Assembly (NCBI GenBank): GCA_018334075.1
Contig: JAGXSC010000044.1
Span: forward strand, 67,591 to 131,590
Length of the DNA stretch: 64,000 nucleotides
Source of the DNA: Actinomycetota bacterium
GTDB lineage: Bacteria; Actinomycetota; Coriobacteriia; Anaerosomatales; UBA912
Direction: 5' to 3'
Shown: one piece after another, positions 20,814 to 30,000 of the stretch
Numbering within the stretch: the first letter of the stretch is position 1
Layout: the number at the start of each line of letters is the position of its first letter
Translations under genes and position numbers: made by a program
Notes under the pieces: model-generated
Database searches by the model: none
What the model saw: the letters and a program-made list of their open reading frames with translations, nothing else
Told to the model about the DNA's origin: nothing

Positions 20814-21953
20814 CTATGACGCCTCCTTCTCGTGGATTCTGCAGTACATGGAGTTGGGAACCGCCTTATTTCGGCAGCGTAGTCCAGACGATGTGACTGC
20901 GACGCATCGACCATCGTACTCCTCGGCATGAAGTGCGTCCACCCCGGAGGCTCTTGGCGCCGACAAGCCCGAGGCGCCCGCCTGAGATAAACTCTTGATA
21001 TCTATTCTCCAGCCAGTCAGTTTTGCTGCAAGTCTAGCGTTTTGGCCTTCTTTTCCGATGGCCAAAGACAGTTGATCGTCTGGCACCAACACAGTTGCGG
21101 TATGGGTGTCTTCGGCAGTTGTCACTTGCGCAACCTTCGCAGGTGAGAGCGCGTGAGCAACATAGATTGCAGGATCTTCCGACCACGGAATGACATCGAT
21201 ACGCTCTCCACGAAGCTCGCTGACTATCATACGCACACGTGAGCCTTTCGGTCCCACGCAGGCCCCTACAGGGTCAAGGCTCGATTCGCGGCTTGAGACT
21301 GCGATTTTGCTACGCATGCCGGGTTCGCGGGCGATGCTCTTTATTTCAACGATACCTTCGTAGATCTCCGGAACCTCCAGCTCAAAGAGGCGGCGGATGA
21401 GTCCGGGGTGGGTTCTGGAAACAACTATGGAGGGCTCATTGGAGGTTTTACGAACCTCGATGATGTAAGCCTTGATTCGCTGATTGTGATCGTAGCGCTC
21501 ATTGGGCGGCTGCTCACTGGGAGGAAGAAGTGCTTCGACACCCTCCCGCAGTTTGATCAGAGTGTACCGGGAGTCCGATTGCTGAACCGTTCCAGTGACA
21601 CTTTCGCCGACGCGGTCCGAGTACTCCTCAAAGATACGCTCCTTCTCGGCCTCTTTGATCGATCCCATGATTATGCTCTTGGCAGCTTGCGCTGCAATTC
21701 TGGAAACATCTTTCGGGGTTATATCTCGTTCTTCGAATTGAGGATCTTCTTCTGTGCCACCGACAGGAACAAGCTCGTATACATAAAGTCGGCCAGTCTC
21801 CTTGTCGAGAACAACCCTTGTCTCGTTCTCTAGATCCATAATGCGCTGGTAAGTCGTCGAAAGCTGCTGCTCGAGTTTGTCGATCATGTAGTATTCATCG
21901 ATGTTTTTCTCACGAGCGAGGGCTTTGAGGGCGTCCATCAGTTCAGAGCTCAT
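20814..21953 (-). CDS. nusA: Transcription termination/antitermination factor NusA (with atypical Cys3His C-terminal tail)
   Basis: NTD, S1, KH1 and KH2 domains (GACVGPKGSRV; AIGKEGQNARLAAKLTGWRIDIKS). Start set at ATG 21953 (SD AAAGGAGAGG 6 nt upstream) rather than the track start 21983. A 58-aa extra tail is described in findings. Confidence 0.94.
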   Translation of the reverse strand: MSSELMDALKALAREKNIDEYYMIDKLEQQLSTTYQRIMDLENETRVVLDKETGRLYVYELVPVGGTEEDPQFEERDITPKDVSRIAAQAAKSIIMGSIKEAEKERIFEEYSDRVGESVTGTVQQSDSRYTLIKLREGVEALLPPSEQPPNERYDHNQRIKAYIIEVRKTSNEPSIVVSRTHPGLIRRLFELEVPEIYEGIVEIKSIAREPGMRSKIAVSSRESSLDPVGACVGPKGSRVRMIVSELRGERIDVIPWSEDPAIYVAHALSPAKVAQVTTAEDTHTATVLVPDDQLSLAIGKEGQNARLAAKLTGWRIDIKSLSQAGASGLSAPRASGVDALHAEEYDGRCVAVTSSGLRCRNKAVPNSMYCRIHEKEAS

Positions 21954-22443
21954 TTTTAGCCTCTCCTTTCTGACCGAAGTCAACCCTGCCCTTGAGGCGT
22001 GCCTTTATGATCGAAGTCATGTCAATTTCAACAGAGTCATCACCAATATCTAGAGTAACGCTTCCGTCATCGACCCCGAGAATTCGGCCGGTAAATGTGC
22101 CTCTACCGTTTATGGGTTTTGTTTTTATATTAGCGATCTCGCCGATGTTGTGGGTGAAGTCAGCCGGTTTGGACAGTGGGCGGTCGATCCCTGGAGAGCT
22201 CACCTCAAGTGTGTAAGAGCCGCTGATCAACCCGGAGTCCTCAATAGCCTGGGATATCCAGTGATTGGCTTGCGCTATCTGATCGATATTGATGCCGCCC
22301 TCTGTATCCAAAAAGACTCTTACAACAGGCGACTTGCGTGCACCCGCGCTTTCAACGGCTACAAGTTCATAGCCCTCATCACTTGCCAGTGGGGCAAGAA
22401 GGCTTTCAATCTCTTGATGTAGCGGCTTGCGCAACTTGGTCAT
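21943..22443 (-). CDS. rimP: Ribosome maturation factor RimP
   Basis: 166 aa. YELVAVE...VRVFLD and SSPGIDRPL motifs. First gene of the rimP-nusA-infB operon. Confidence 0.9.
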   Translation of the reverse strand: MTKLRKPLHQEIESLLAPLASDEGYELVAVESAGARKSPVVRVFLDTEGGINIDQIAQANHWISQAIEDSGLISGSYTLEVSSPGIDRPLSKPADFTHNIGEIANIKTKPINGRGTFTGRILGVDDGSVTLDIGDDSVEIDMTSIIKARLKGRVDFGQKGEAKNEL

Positions 22444-22460
22444 ACCTTTCTTTAGAGCAC

Positions 22461-22495
22461 CTTAGAACAAAAGAAGCGGACGTCTCGCCCACTTC
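22461..22495 (-). terminator. Intrinsic terminator-like hairpin + interrupted U-tract (proS terminator and/or rimP-nusA leader attenuator)
   Basis: On the minus strand: GAAGTGG (22495-22489), a 9-nt loop, CCGCTTC (22479-22473), then TTTTGTTCT. The 7-bp stem has one G.U pair. On the plus strand that pair would be a C/A mismatch, so the structure is minus-strand specific. Confidence 0.45.
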
Positions 22496-22526
22496 TGATA
22501 GAGCCAAAATATTGCCGAACCACTAA

Positions 22527-22535
22527 ATATTAGCA
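22527..22535 (-). promoter_or_regulatory. Candidate extended -10 promoter element (TGCTAATAT) upstream of the rimP leader hairpin
   Basis: The reverse complement of 22527-22535 (atattagca) is TGCTAATAT. It lies 28 nt after the proS stop and about 32 nt before the hairpin. No clear -35. Confidence 0.3.
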
Positions 22536-22563
22536 TAGTTGCAGCGTGAATGAGTGAAATGTA

Positions 22564-24303
22564 TCAACAAATAGAAGTAGGATCCTCCTTGCACAGACGG
22601 CTGGTAACCAGGTTTACAACATGTGTGACAACAGAGTCTACCGAAACGCTCTCAGAGCACAGGCCATCACGAAGCTTGACCTCTACGACCCCTGCAGATA
22701 GACCCTTCTTGCCAACAATAACTTGTACCGGATATCCAATGAGCTCAGCATCGGCGAATTTGACACCAGCCCTTTCGTCACGATCGTCGATGATAGCTTC
22801 AATGCCGTGTGCTGAAAGCTGAAAGAAAATATCTTCAGCTGTCGGCCATACTTCACTGTCCCCTATCGTGAGCGGCAAAACAGTGACGTGGAACGGGGCG
22901 AGGCTCATTGGCCATACGATACCTTTGTCATCATGATGCTGCTCTACAACTGCGGCGAGCGACCGTGTGACTCCAACACCATAACAGCCCATGACGAACG
23001 GTTTTTCCTCACCGGTTTCGGACATGAATGTGGCACCCATCGATTCCGAGTACTTGGTTCCCAGCTGAAACACTTGAGAAACCTCGATTCCTCGGGCGTG
23101 AGCTAACTTCTCCTCCTGGCATCCCGGGCACGGATCTCCCGCACGCGCTAGTGAGATGTCAGCCCAAGTCTCAATCTGAAAATCTCGGCTCGGGTTGGCG
23201 TTGAAGTAGTGAAAACCATCTTCGTTGGCGCCGACAACCCAGTTCACCGCACTTTGTAAAGAGGCATCGGCTACTAAAATTGCGTCGGCTGGAGGATCGA
23301 TCGGGCCTAAAGACCCCTTGGGGATGCCGAAACTAGCGAAGTCGTCGTCTGTGAGAAGTTCAACCCCAGGGCATACCCATGAGGCCTTCAGTGGATTGAG
23401 TTCGCGGTCCCCAGGGAGGAAGAACAATACCAGCTTGCCATCGGTGGACTTGCCCGCCATGGTCTTGACGGTGTCGTTCGCCGATAGATTGAATGCCTGC
23501 GCGAGCTCGGCAATCGATTTGAGGCCCGGGGTACTTACCTTCTCAAGCGCTTGAGGTGTATCGCCAGCGGGCTTACGGTCAAGTAGCAGCTCGGCTACAT
23601 CAATGTTGGCGGCCCAACCGCATGCACAGTAGAGCAACTCGGCCTCACCTGTGTCTGATAGCGCCATAAACTCGGCAGTGACACTACCGCCGATCTGCCC
23701 GGATTCAGCCTTGACGGATCGCCACTCGAGCGAGAGGCGATCGCATATTCTTCCGTACGCCTCGGCCTGTGCATCATAGTGCTCCTGGAGGGACTCATCG
23801 GATGCGTGAAACGAGTAGGCGTCCTTCATGATGAATTCGCGGCCACGCAGCAGTCCAAAGCGCGGCCGGATCTCATCACGGAACTTCATATTGATCTGAT
23901 AGAGCGATACCGGAAGCTCGCGATAACTTCGCACTTCATTTCTAATGAGCGCGGTTATGATCTCCTCGTGTGTCGGGCCAAGGCAGTACTCCCGGCCAGA
24001 CCGGTCCGTGAAGCGCGCCAGCTCAGGACCGTACTCTGACCATCGGCCCGACTCGCGCCATAGATCACCCGGTTGAACTATCGGCAGGAGTAACTCCTGA
24101 GAGCCGATCCTGTCCATCTCTTCCCTGATGATGCGTTCTATCTTTCGCAAAGACCGAAGCCCCAGCGGCAAAAAGGTGTAGATCCCTGCCGAAACCTTGC
24201 GGATCATCCCCGCTCTGAGCATAAGCCGATGAGACGGGATCTCTGCCTCGGCGGGGACCTCCTTTAGTGTGGGGGCGTATAAGGTGCTTGTGCGGTTATA
24301 CAC
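22564..24303 (-). CDS. proS: Proline--tRNA ligase (bacterial type with INS editing domain)
   Basis: 579 aa. Class II aaRS with the YAPTLKEVPAEAE N-terminus, an editing insertion and a C-terminal anticodon-binding domain. GTG start sharing one nt with the upstream stop (TAGTG). Confidence 0.95.
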   Translation of the reverse strand: MYNRTSTLYAPTLKEVPAEAEIPSHRLMLRAGMIRKVSAGIYTFLPLGLRSLRKIERIIREEMDRIGSQELLLPIVQPGDLWRESGRWSEYGPELARFTDRSGREYCLGPTHEEIITALIRNEVRSYRELPVSLYQINMKFRDEIRPRFGLLRGREFIMKDAYSFHASDESLQEHYDAQAEAYGRICDRLSLEWRSVKAESGQIGGSVTAEFMALSDTGEAELLYCACGWAANIDVAELLLDRKPAGDTPQALEKVSTPGLKSIAELAQAFNLSANDTVKTMAGKSTDGKLVLFFLPGDRELNPLKASWVCPGVELLTDDDFASFGIPKGSLGPIDPPADAILVADASLQSAVNWVVGANEDGFHYFNANPSRDFQIETWADISLARAGDPCPGCQEEKLAHARGIEVSQVFQLGTKYSESMGATFMSETGEEKPFVMGCYGVGVTRSLAAVVEQHHDDKGIVWPMSLAPFHVTVLPLTIGDSEVWPTAEDIFFQLSAHGIEAIIDDRDERAGVKFADAELIGYPVQVIVGKKGLSAGVVEVKLRDGLCSESVSVDSVVTHVVNLVTSRLCKEDPTSIC

Positions 24304-24692
24304 TACCCGATACCACGATCCTCAGGATGATAGGTCTCAACCAGCTCCGAGGAGTCTGCCGCGAGACTCATTATCAGTCGTGCGGTAAGGTCGTGAACGA
24401 TGATGGTGGAGCGATTGTTCGAGTCTATGAATGCTTGTTTGAGTGATTTCTTCACATCCGGGTCTCCGGATACGTCAATAATCATGTCGATTTCTTCGCC
24501 TTTCTGTGCAAGGACTGAAGCATCCTCGCAAAAAAAGATCCCATGGGTTTTCGCGATCTGCGCACCCCGACTTTCGGGATTCACATCCGCTACTCCGACG
24601 AGACTAACAAAAGGACGTGTTAGGAAATCCATAATCAGCGGCGTGCCCATGCGTCCTCCACCAACAACCGCGATACGAACCTTCTCGCTCAT
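24303..24692 (-). CDS. Small Rossmann-fold (NAD(P)-binding-like) protein of unknown function
   Basis: 129 aa. VRIAVVGGGRMG dinucleotide-binding motif with no catalytic domain following it. SD GGGAGG lies 6 nt upstream of the ATG. The stop overlaps the proS start. Confidence 0.5.
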   Translation of the reverse strand: MSEKVRIAVVGGGRMGTPLIMDFLTRPFVSLVGVADVNPESRGAQIAKTHGIFFCEDASVLAQKGEEIDMIIDVSGDPDVKKSLKQAFIDSNNRSTIIVHDLTARLIMSLAADSSELVETYHPEDRGIG

Positions 24693-24737
24693 TTACTGCC
24701 TCCCTGTTCAGTCCAATAATATGCAGTCAATCTTACA

Positions 24738-25796
24738 TTATTTAGAAATATTCAGGCGATCAATCTCTGACATCAAGGCGTCGACAAGATGCTCCTCCGG
24801 AACCTTTGCAATTGGCTTGCCCCTGGAAAAGACAACTCCCAGGCCCTTGCCTGCGGCTACTCCTACGTCGGCCTCGCTGGCCTCTCCGGGTCCATTGACG
24901 ACACACCCCATCACAGCAACTTTCAGGTTGCAGGGCTTGTTGGACAAGCGCCGTTCGACTTCCGTTGCGATAGATATCAAATCCACCTGGCATCGACCGC
25001 AGGTGGGGCAGCTAATCAGCTCGGCTCCTCGGCGTCGAATATCCAGTGCAGCAAGAATCTCCCAGGCAACCAGCACTTCCTCAACAGGGTCGGCGGTGAG
25101 CGAGACTCTCAGTGTGTCCCCTATGCCCTCGGCGAGAAGTATGCCGATACCGACAGAGGATTTCACGGTACCGCTCCTGATGGTTCCGGCTTCAGTTACT
25201 CCAATATGTAGCGGGTATTCGGTCTGCTCGGAAAGCAAGCGATAGGCGACGACAGTTGCATTCACGCTTGAGGCTTTGGTGGATATCGCGAGATCGAAAA
25301 AGCCGCGAGATTCGAAGTGCTCGACAAACTCAACTGCACTGGCGACGAGTTTTTGGGGAAGAGGCCAATCGAGATCGTGGTACTTGGCCGCCAGTGAGCC
25401 GGCGTTTACTCCAATTCGGATAGGGATGCCAGCCTCACCTGCCGCCTCGATGATCGAGTCTAATCTATCGATAGAGCCAATGTTGCCCGGATTTATCCTT
25501 AGCGCAGAGGCGCCCCGGCGCGCTGCCTCGATAGCGAGTACGTGGTCGAAGTGGATATCGGCAACCACAGGTATTGAAGACGCATTACATATCTCGGCAA
25601 ACGAGTCGATCACAGAGAGATTCGGCACCGCGACCCTGACTATTTCACATCCGGCGTTGACCATCGCTGATATTTGCGCGAGAGTTGCGGCAAAATCACC
25701 TGTGTCAGTGTTGGTCATCGATTGAACGACGATGGGCGCCTGACCTCCAACGGTCACGGCCCCAACTCTTACAGGTCGCGTTGGCCGTCGAATCAT
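24738..25796 (-). CDS. ispG: 4-hydroxy-3-methylbut-2-en-1-yl diphosphate synthase (flavodoxin)
   Basis: 352 aa. GcpE TIM-barrel plus a 4Fe-4S domain with cysteines (SCPTCGRC ... MGCVVNGPGE). Confidence 0.95.
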   Translation of the reverse strand: MIRRPTRPVRVGAVTVGGQAPIVVQSMTNTDTGDFAATLAQISAMVNAGCEIVRVAVPNLSVIDSFAEICNASSIPVVADIHFDHVLAIEAARRGASALRINPGNIGSIDRLDSIIEAAGEAGIPIRIGVNAGSLAAKYHDLDWPLPQKLVASAVEFVEHFESRGFFDLAISTKASSVNATVVAYRLLSEQTEYPLHIGVTEAGTIRSGTVKSSVGIGILLAEGIGDTLRVSLTADPVEEVLVAWEILAALDIRRRGAELISCPTCGRCQVDLISIATEVERRLSNKPCNLKVAVMGCVVNGPGEASEADVGVAAGKGLGVVFSRGKPIAKVPEEHLVDALMSEIDRLNISK

Positions 25797-25820
25797 TCAC
25801 CCCTCATTTCGCGTGAAAGT

Positions 25821-27101
25821 TTACGTATTGATGAAATACCGCATTATGTCAGCGTATATCAAGTAGCCGATGAGTCCGAACAGAAGTAGTGCGCCTGCGA
25901 TACTGACGGCCATCGTGAAACTTTTGTGCAGGGGCCTACCAGCGATCTTCTCAATGATTTCCAATACTATCTTTCCGCCATCTAGAGGCGGAATCGGCAG
26001 AATATTCATCGCGCCGAGAGACAGTGAGAGTAGCGCCACAATCCAGGCATAACTTAGTGGACCGGCTTCAGCGGCTCTTTCAACTTCAACGCTGATTCCG
26101 ACTATACCTCTGGCGCCCTCCATGGAAGCTGTGAAGGTTTCCGGATTGAAAAAGTTTCCGATGGCTACAAATACCAATCCGACCCAGCCAATACTCTCGG
26201 TTAGGGCCTCGATGATCGTTAGGTCTACCGGAGTCACTTCAGGCCCTACTCCTAAAAAGCCACGTCCCTCAGGTGATCTTCCCAAGGTTATTTCAGCTTG
26301 ACTCTCAACGCCGTCGCGCATGTAATCAACCTGGATCACGTCTCCCGGCGCCTTCAGTCCGACAGTGGAGCTCAGCTCCATCCAGTTGCTGAGCTCGTCG
26401 CCTTGAAGTGCGGTTATTGTATCTCCAGCCCGCAAGCCGGCCTCGTGAGCAGCGGAGTTAGGGATTACCTCGGCCAGAGTCAAGGAGTGCTCGTAGTAGC
26501 CCCAGGTGGAAAGCACAAAAGTAAACACGGCAACCGCCGCAAAGAGGTTGACGAGAACTCCCGCGGAGAGAAGTGCTATCCGCTTGCTGGTGGTCAAGCC
26601 GCGGTATGTCTGACTTCTAGCCTGCGCCAGTAGCTCCTCAGAGGTTTTGTTTTCTGAGTCATCCATAGCCGAGACATAAGACAGCCCGGCCGGGTCGTCA
26701 CCTTTTTCTACAGCTATGGCTCGCCAATCTTCCAGTGTTTCAAGGATGGTCACCGCTCGTGCTTCATCGATGCCGAGAATTTGAGCGAGTCGCTCGCCGG
26801 TGATTCCAGGGCTAGCAATCACATTGGACAGCGCGGCGGCCAGGAGTGGGTCTTCCTCGCCCGGTTCCATTCCAGCGATGCGAACGTAGCCGCCCAACGG
26901 AATGGCCGTCACCCCAAAGATCGTTCCACTCTTGCTATGGAAGCGCACAGCGGGCCCAGGTAGCCCGACCATAAACTCGTGAACACGGACACCAAAAAGC
27001 CTCGCGACGGCGAAGTGGCCGCCCTCATGCAATATAACCAGAATAGAAAAGGTAACGATCCCCCAGAATATGACGGAGACCGAATCTAACAGCTCAGACA
27101 T
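25821..27101 (-). CDS. rseP: RIP metalloprotease RseP/RasP (M50 site-2 protease)
   Basis: 426 aa. HEGGH zinc motif (ILHEGGHFAVA), a PDZ domain and the NILPIPPLDGG motif. In the conserved dxr-rseP position. Confidence 0.88.
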   Translation of the reverse strand: MSELLDSVSVIFWGIVTFSILVILHEGGHFAVARLFGVRVHEFMVGLPGPAVRFHSKSGTIFGVTAIPLGGYVRIAGMEPGEEDPLLAAALSNVIASPGITGERLAQILGIDEARAVTILETLEDWRAIAVEKGDDPAGLSYVSAMDDSENKTSEELLAQARSQTYRGLTTSKRIALLSAGVLVNLFAAVAVFTFVLSTWGYYEHSLTLAEVIPNSAAHEAGLRAGDTITALQGDELSNWMELSSTVGLKAPGDVIQVDYMRDGVESQAEITLGRSPEGRGFLGVGPEVTPVDLTIIEALTESIGWVGLVFVAIGNFFNPETFTASMEGARGIVGISVEVERAAEAGPLSYAWIVALLSLSLGAMNILPIPPLDGGKIVLEIIEKIAGRPLHKSFTMAVSIAGALLLFGLIGYLIYADIMRYFINT

Positions 27102-27205
27102 GTGACCGGTGCCCTCTCAGTAACTTGTTGGTTAGATATTCAACTGTAGCTAAGTGCAAATGCCGAGCCAGTTGGCGTCCGCCTCGTTTTTGCTTAGCCG
27201 GCTCT

Positions 27206-28384
27206 TCAATCCGACAACTTCGCTATATACCGCGATGCACTCTCTCTCGCTTGGCGATCTATATCTTCGATCTGATAAATCGATTCGACTGGCTCAACGT
27301 CGTGCATCTCCAAGGCGTGGGCAACGATAGAAGGAATATCGAGAAAACCACAGCGCCCTTCGAGGAAGGCCTCAACTGCACTTTCATTTGCTGCGTTCAG
27401 AACCGCTGGTGCTGTGCCACCTGTCCGACCTGCAGCGTACGCCAGGTTCAGGCAGGGAAATGTCTCTGTATCCGGTGCTTTCAACTTTATCGCATCGAAG
27501 GATGTGAGATCTATATTGGGGCAAGGTATCTCCCAGCGCTCAGGATATGAGAAGGCATATTGAATCGGTATGCGCATATCGGTTGCACCAAGATGCGCGA
27601 GAATTGAGCCGTCGGAGTATTCGACCATTGAGTGAATCAGCGATTGTGGGTGCACAATTACCGAGATGCTTTCGTAACCCACACCGAACAGGTGGTAAGC
27701 CTCGATAACCTCAAGCCCTTTGTTCATCAAAGTCGCTGAATCAATGGATATCTTCGGACCCATCTTCCAGGTTGGGTGCTCAAGTGCCTGCTTGGCCGTG
27801 ACTCCGACGAGCTGATCGGAGGTAAAGTCGCGAAAGGGACCTCCAGACGCAGTTAGCCACAGGCGAGACACGAACCTAGTGTCAGAGCCACCCAGGCACT
27901 GGAATATCGCCGAGTGCTCCGAGTCAACTGGTCGCAAAAGACCTGGTTTGAGAAGGGGCCGAATAAGCTCACCGCCGACAACAAGCGATTCTTTGTTAGC
28001 GAGAGCCAAAATCTTGCCGGCAGAAAGAGCTGCAAGAGTAACTCTCAGCCCAGCGGATCCAACCATTGCGTTTAAAACGATGTCGGCATCCGGGTGTTGA
28101 GCCAGATCAACCAGCGCATCCGAACCGGCCTCGACATTGATGTGACCATATCCTGCATCAGCAAGATGACCTCGAGCCTCGCTGGCGGCCTTTTCATCGG
28201 CAAGCGCGATATTGTCTACACGCAATGCGATCGCTTGCTCGGCGATTACTGCCGAGCTCCTGTGGGCGGCAAGTCCAATTAGGCGAATTCGATCAGGATA
28301 CTTTTCTGCCACTTGAATTGCCTGAACTCCGATCGACCCGGTTGAGCCGAGCAGGATTACGTTGAGTGGCCGGCTCATGATCAT
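27206..28384 (-). CDS. dxr: 1-deoxy-D-xylulose 5-phosphate reductoisomerase
   Basis: 392 aa. LLGSTGSIG NADPH motif and the PVDSEHSAIFQC catalytic region. ATGA overlap with the cdsA stop. Confidence 0.95.
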   Translation of the reverse strand: MIMSRPLNVILLGSTGSIGVQAIQVAEKYPDRIRLIGLAAHRSSAVIAEQAIALRVDNIALADEKAASEARGHLADAGYGHINVEAGSDALVDLAQHPDADIVLNAMVGSAGLRVTLAALSAGKILALANKESLVVGGELIRPLLKPGLLRPVDSEHSAIFQCLGGSDTRFVSRLWLTASGGPFRDFTSDQLVGVTAKQALEHPTWKMGPKISIDSATLMNKGLEVIEAYHLFGVGYESISVIVHPQSLIHSMVEYSDGSILAHLGATDMRIPIQYAFSYPERWEIPCPNIDLTSFDAIKLKAPDTETFPCLNLAYAAGRTGGTAPAVLNAANESAVEAFLEGRCGFLDIPSIVAHALEMHDVEPVESIYQIEDIDRQARESASRYIAKLSD

Positions 28385-29217
28385 GCGCCCATCAACAGAT
28401 AGAGGTAGAACGCAACCGGCGAAACCACGATTAGACTGTCAAAGCGATCCAGCATTCCGCCGTGCCCAGGAAATATCCTTCCCGAATCCTTCACACCCGC
28501 CTCACGCTTAATTCGAGACTCGAGTAAGTCACCTGCCACAGCCGTCAGTGCGATGCAAGCGCCGATCACGATCAGCTCGTAAAGCTCGAGATTGGCTTGT
28601 GGAAAGAGCGACAGGGCAGCCCATGTAGCAACTGTAAAGACAGCTCCACCAAAGAACCCTTCCCAGGACTTCTTCGGAGATATCCTTGGCGCCAGTTTAT
28701 GTTTTCCGAAAGCAGATCCAATAAGGTAAGCAAATACATCATTGGCCCACACGCCTAAGATTGTAGCTAAAGCTATGATCAAACCGGATTCCAAGTTATG
28801 CAGCAACACCAGATGAGAAAGCATGAATCCGATATAGATCGCGCCAAAGATAGTTACAGCGCACTCCGAGGTACGCAAGCCGAGCAGTAAACAGTGCACA
28901 AACATGCAAAGAAGTGCCCCTAGGGCCGTCGCAGCAATCAGGCCAGAATAGCCACCATAAGCAGCGGCTAGCGGGAGTGCGCCCGTCATTGCGATTCCAA
29001 GAAAATCGGTAGTGTACTTTTGGTTCGGTCGTATGATGCGGTATAGCTCCCGTACTGAGGCCATCGATATCAGCGAGAAAAGTACGCCGACACCCGTGGT
29101 TTGGCCATAAAAAACCACGAGAAGCATAATCGCGGCTATTCCTCCGCCAGTCAGAACTCGAACCGCAAACCCTGAAAGCAGTTTTAGCGCATCGATGGCG
29201 GGACCCTTACCCGTCAT
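28381..29217 (-). CDS. cdsA: Phosphatidate cytidylyltransferase
   Basis: 278-aa polytopic membrane protein with the C-terminal signature SRIKREAGVKDSGRIFPGHGGMLDRFD. Confidence 0.88.
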   Translation of the reverse strand: MTGKGPAIDALKLLSGFAVRVLTGGGIAAIMLLVVFYGQTTGVGVLFSLISMASVRELYRIIRPNQKYTTDFLGIAMTGALPLAAAYGGYSGLIAATALGALLCMFVHCLLLGLRTSECAVTIFGAIYIGFMLSHLVLLHNLESGLIIALATILGVWANDVFAYLIGSAFGKHKLAPRISPKKSWEGFFGGAVFTVATWAALSLFPQANLELYELIVIGACIALTAVAGDLLESRIKREAGVKDSGRIFPGHGGMLDRFDSLIVVSPVAFYLYLLMGA

Positions 29218-29993
29218 TCACTGCCCCCGAACCGCCTGTGTCTGCCCTGATACTCCACTATGGCTTGGAGCAGCTCGTGACGGTCGAAATCAGGCCACAG
29301 AGTATCAGTGACCCAGAGCTCAGAGTACGCGATCTGCCACAACAGAAAGTTCGACAGTCTCATTTCACCACTCGTTCTTATCACGAGATCTGGATCCGGA
29401 ACCTGGGCGGTATAGAGATGAGCCGAAAAGAGGGTCTCATCGATTGAGTTTGGAGTTATAGCCCCATCAAGACAAGCTTCCGCAATCTTCCTAGTCGCTC
29501 GAAGTATGTCGTCACGACCACCATAGTTCAGAGCTACAACTAAAGTCATTGCAGTGTTGTTCGTAGTTTCAAGTTCACATTTACGAAATGCATCGGCTGT
29601 AAGTGCAGGTAACTGCTCGCGATTTCCTGCCACAATTACTCGAACTCCCATCTTTTGGATATTTGAAAGCTCTTGTTGTAGCACTTCCACGAAAAGATCC
29701 ATCAATCCAAATACCTCATTGGCTGGGCGAGACCAGTTTTCCGATGAGAAAGAGTAGATAGTCAAAGTTTTGACGCCAAGCTCCAAAGAGCACGCGATAG
29801 CCTCGCGTACAGCTTTGGTGCCTGCACGGTGACCGGCAAGCCGAGGTAATCCACGGCTTGCCGCCCAGCGACCATTTCCATCCATAATGATTGCAATGTG
29901 GCCAGGTATTTTTTCCAGATCGATCTTGTCTATCAATCCGGAGCCACTCCCCTTCGCAAAGAAAGAGCGCAATGAGGTATGTGATGGGGGCAT
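29214..29993 (-). CDS. uppS: Isoprenyl transferase (undecaprenyl diphosphate synthase)
   Basis: 259 aa with the HIAIIMDGNGRWA and RTSGEMRLSNFLLWQ motifs. Confidence 0.93.
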   Translation of the reverse strand: MPPSHTSLRSFFAKGSGSGLIDKIDLEKIPGHIAIIMDGNGRWAASRGLPRLAGHRAGTKAVREAIACSLELGVKTLTIYSFSSENWSRPANEVFGLMDLFVEVLQQELSNIQKMGVRVIVAGNREQLPALTADAFRKCELETTNNTAMTLVVALNYGGRDDILRATRKIAEACLDGAITPNSIDETLFSAHLYTAQVPDPDLVIRTSGEMRLSNFLLWQIAYSELWVTDTLWPDFDRHELLQAIVEYQGRHRRFGGSE

Positions 29994-30000
29994 CGGCTCC

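Noticed and set aside
24400-25245. 281-aa plus-strand ORF, the longest plus-strand ORF in the track
   Set aside because: It lies entirely antisense to ispG and the small Rossmann ORF, both of which have clear family motifs. Its translation is Ser/Pro/Thr/Arg-rich low complexity, typical of a shadow frame in GC-rich coding DNA. I saw no SD or promoter.
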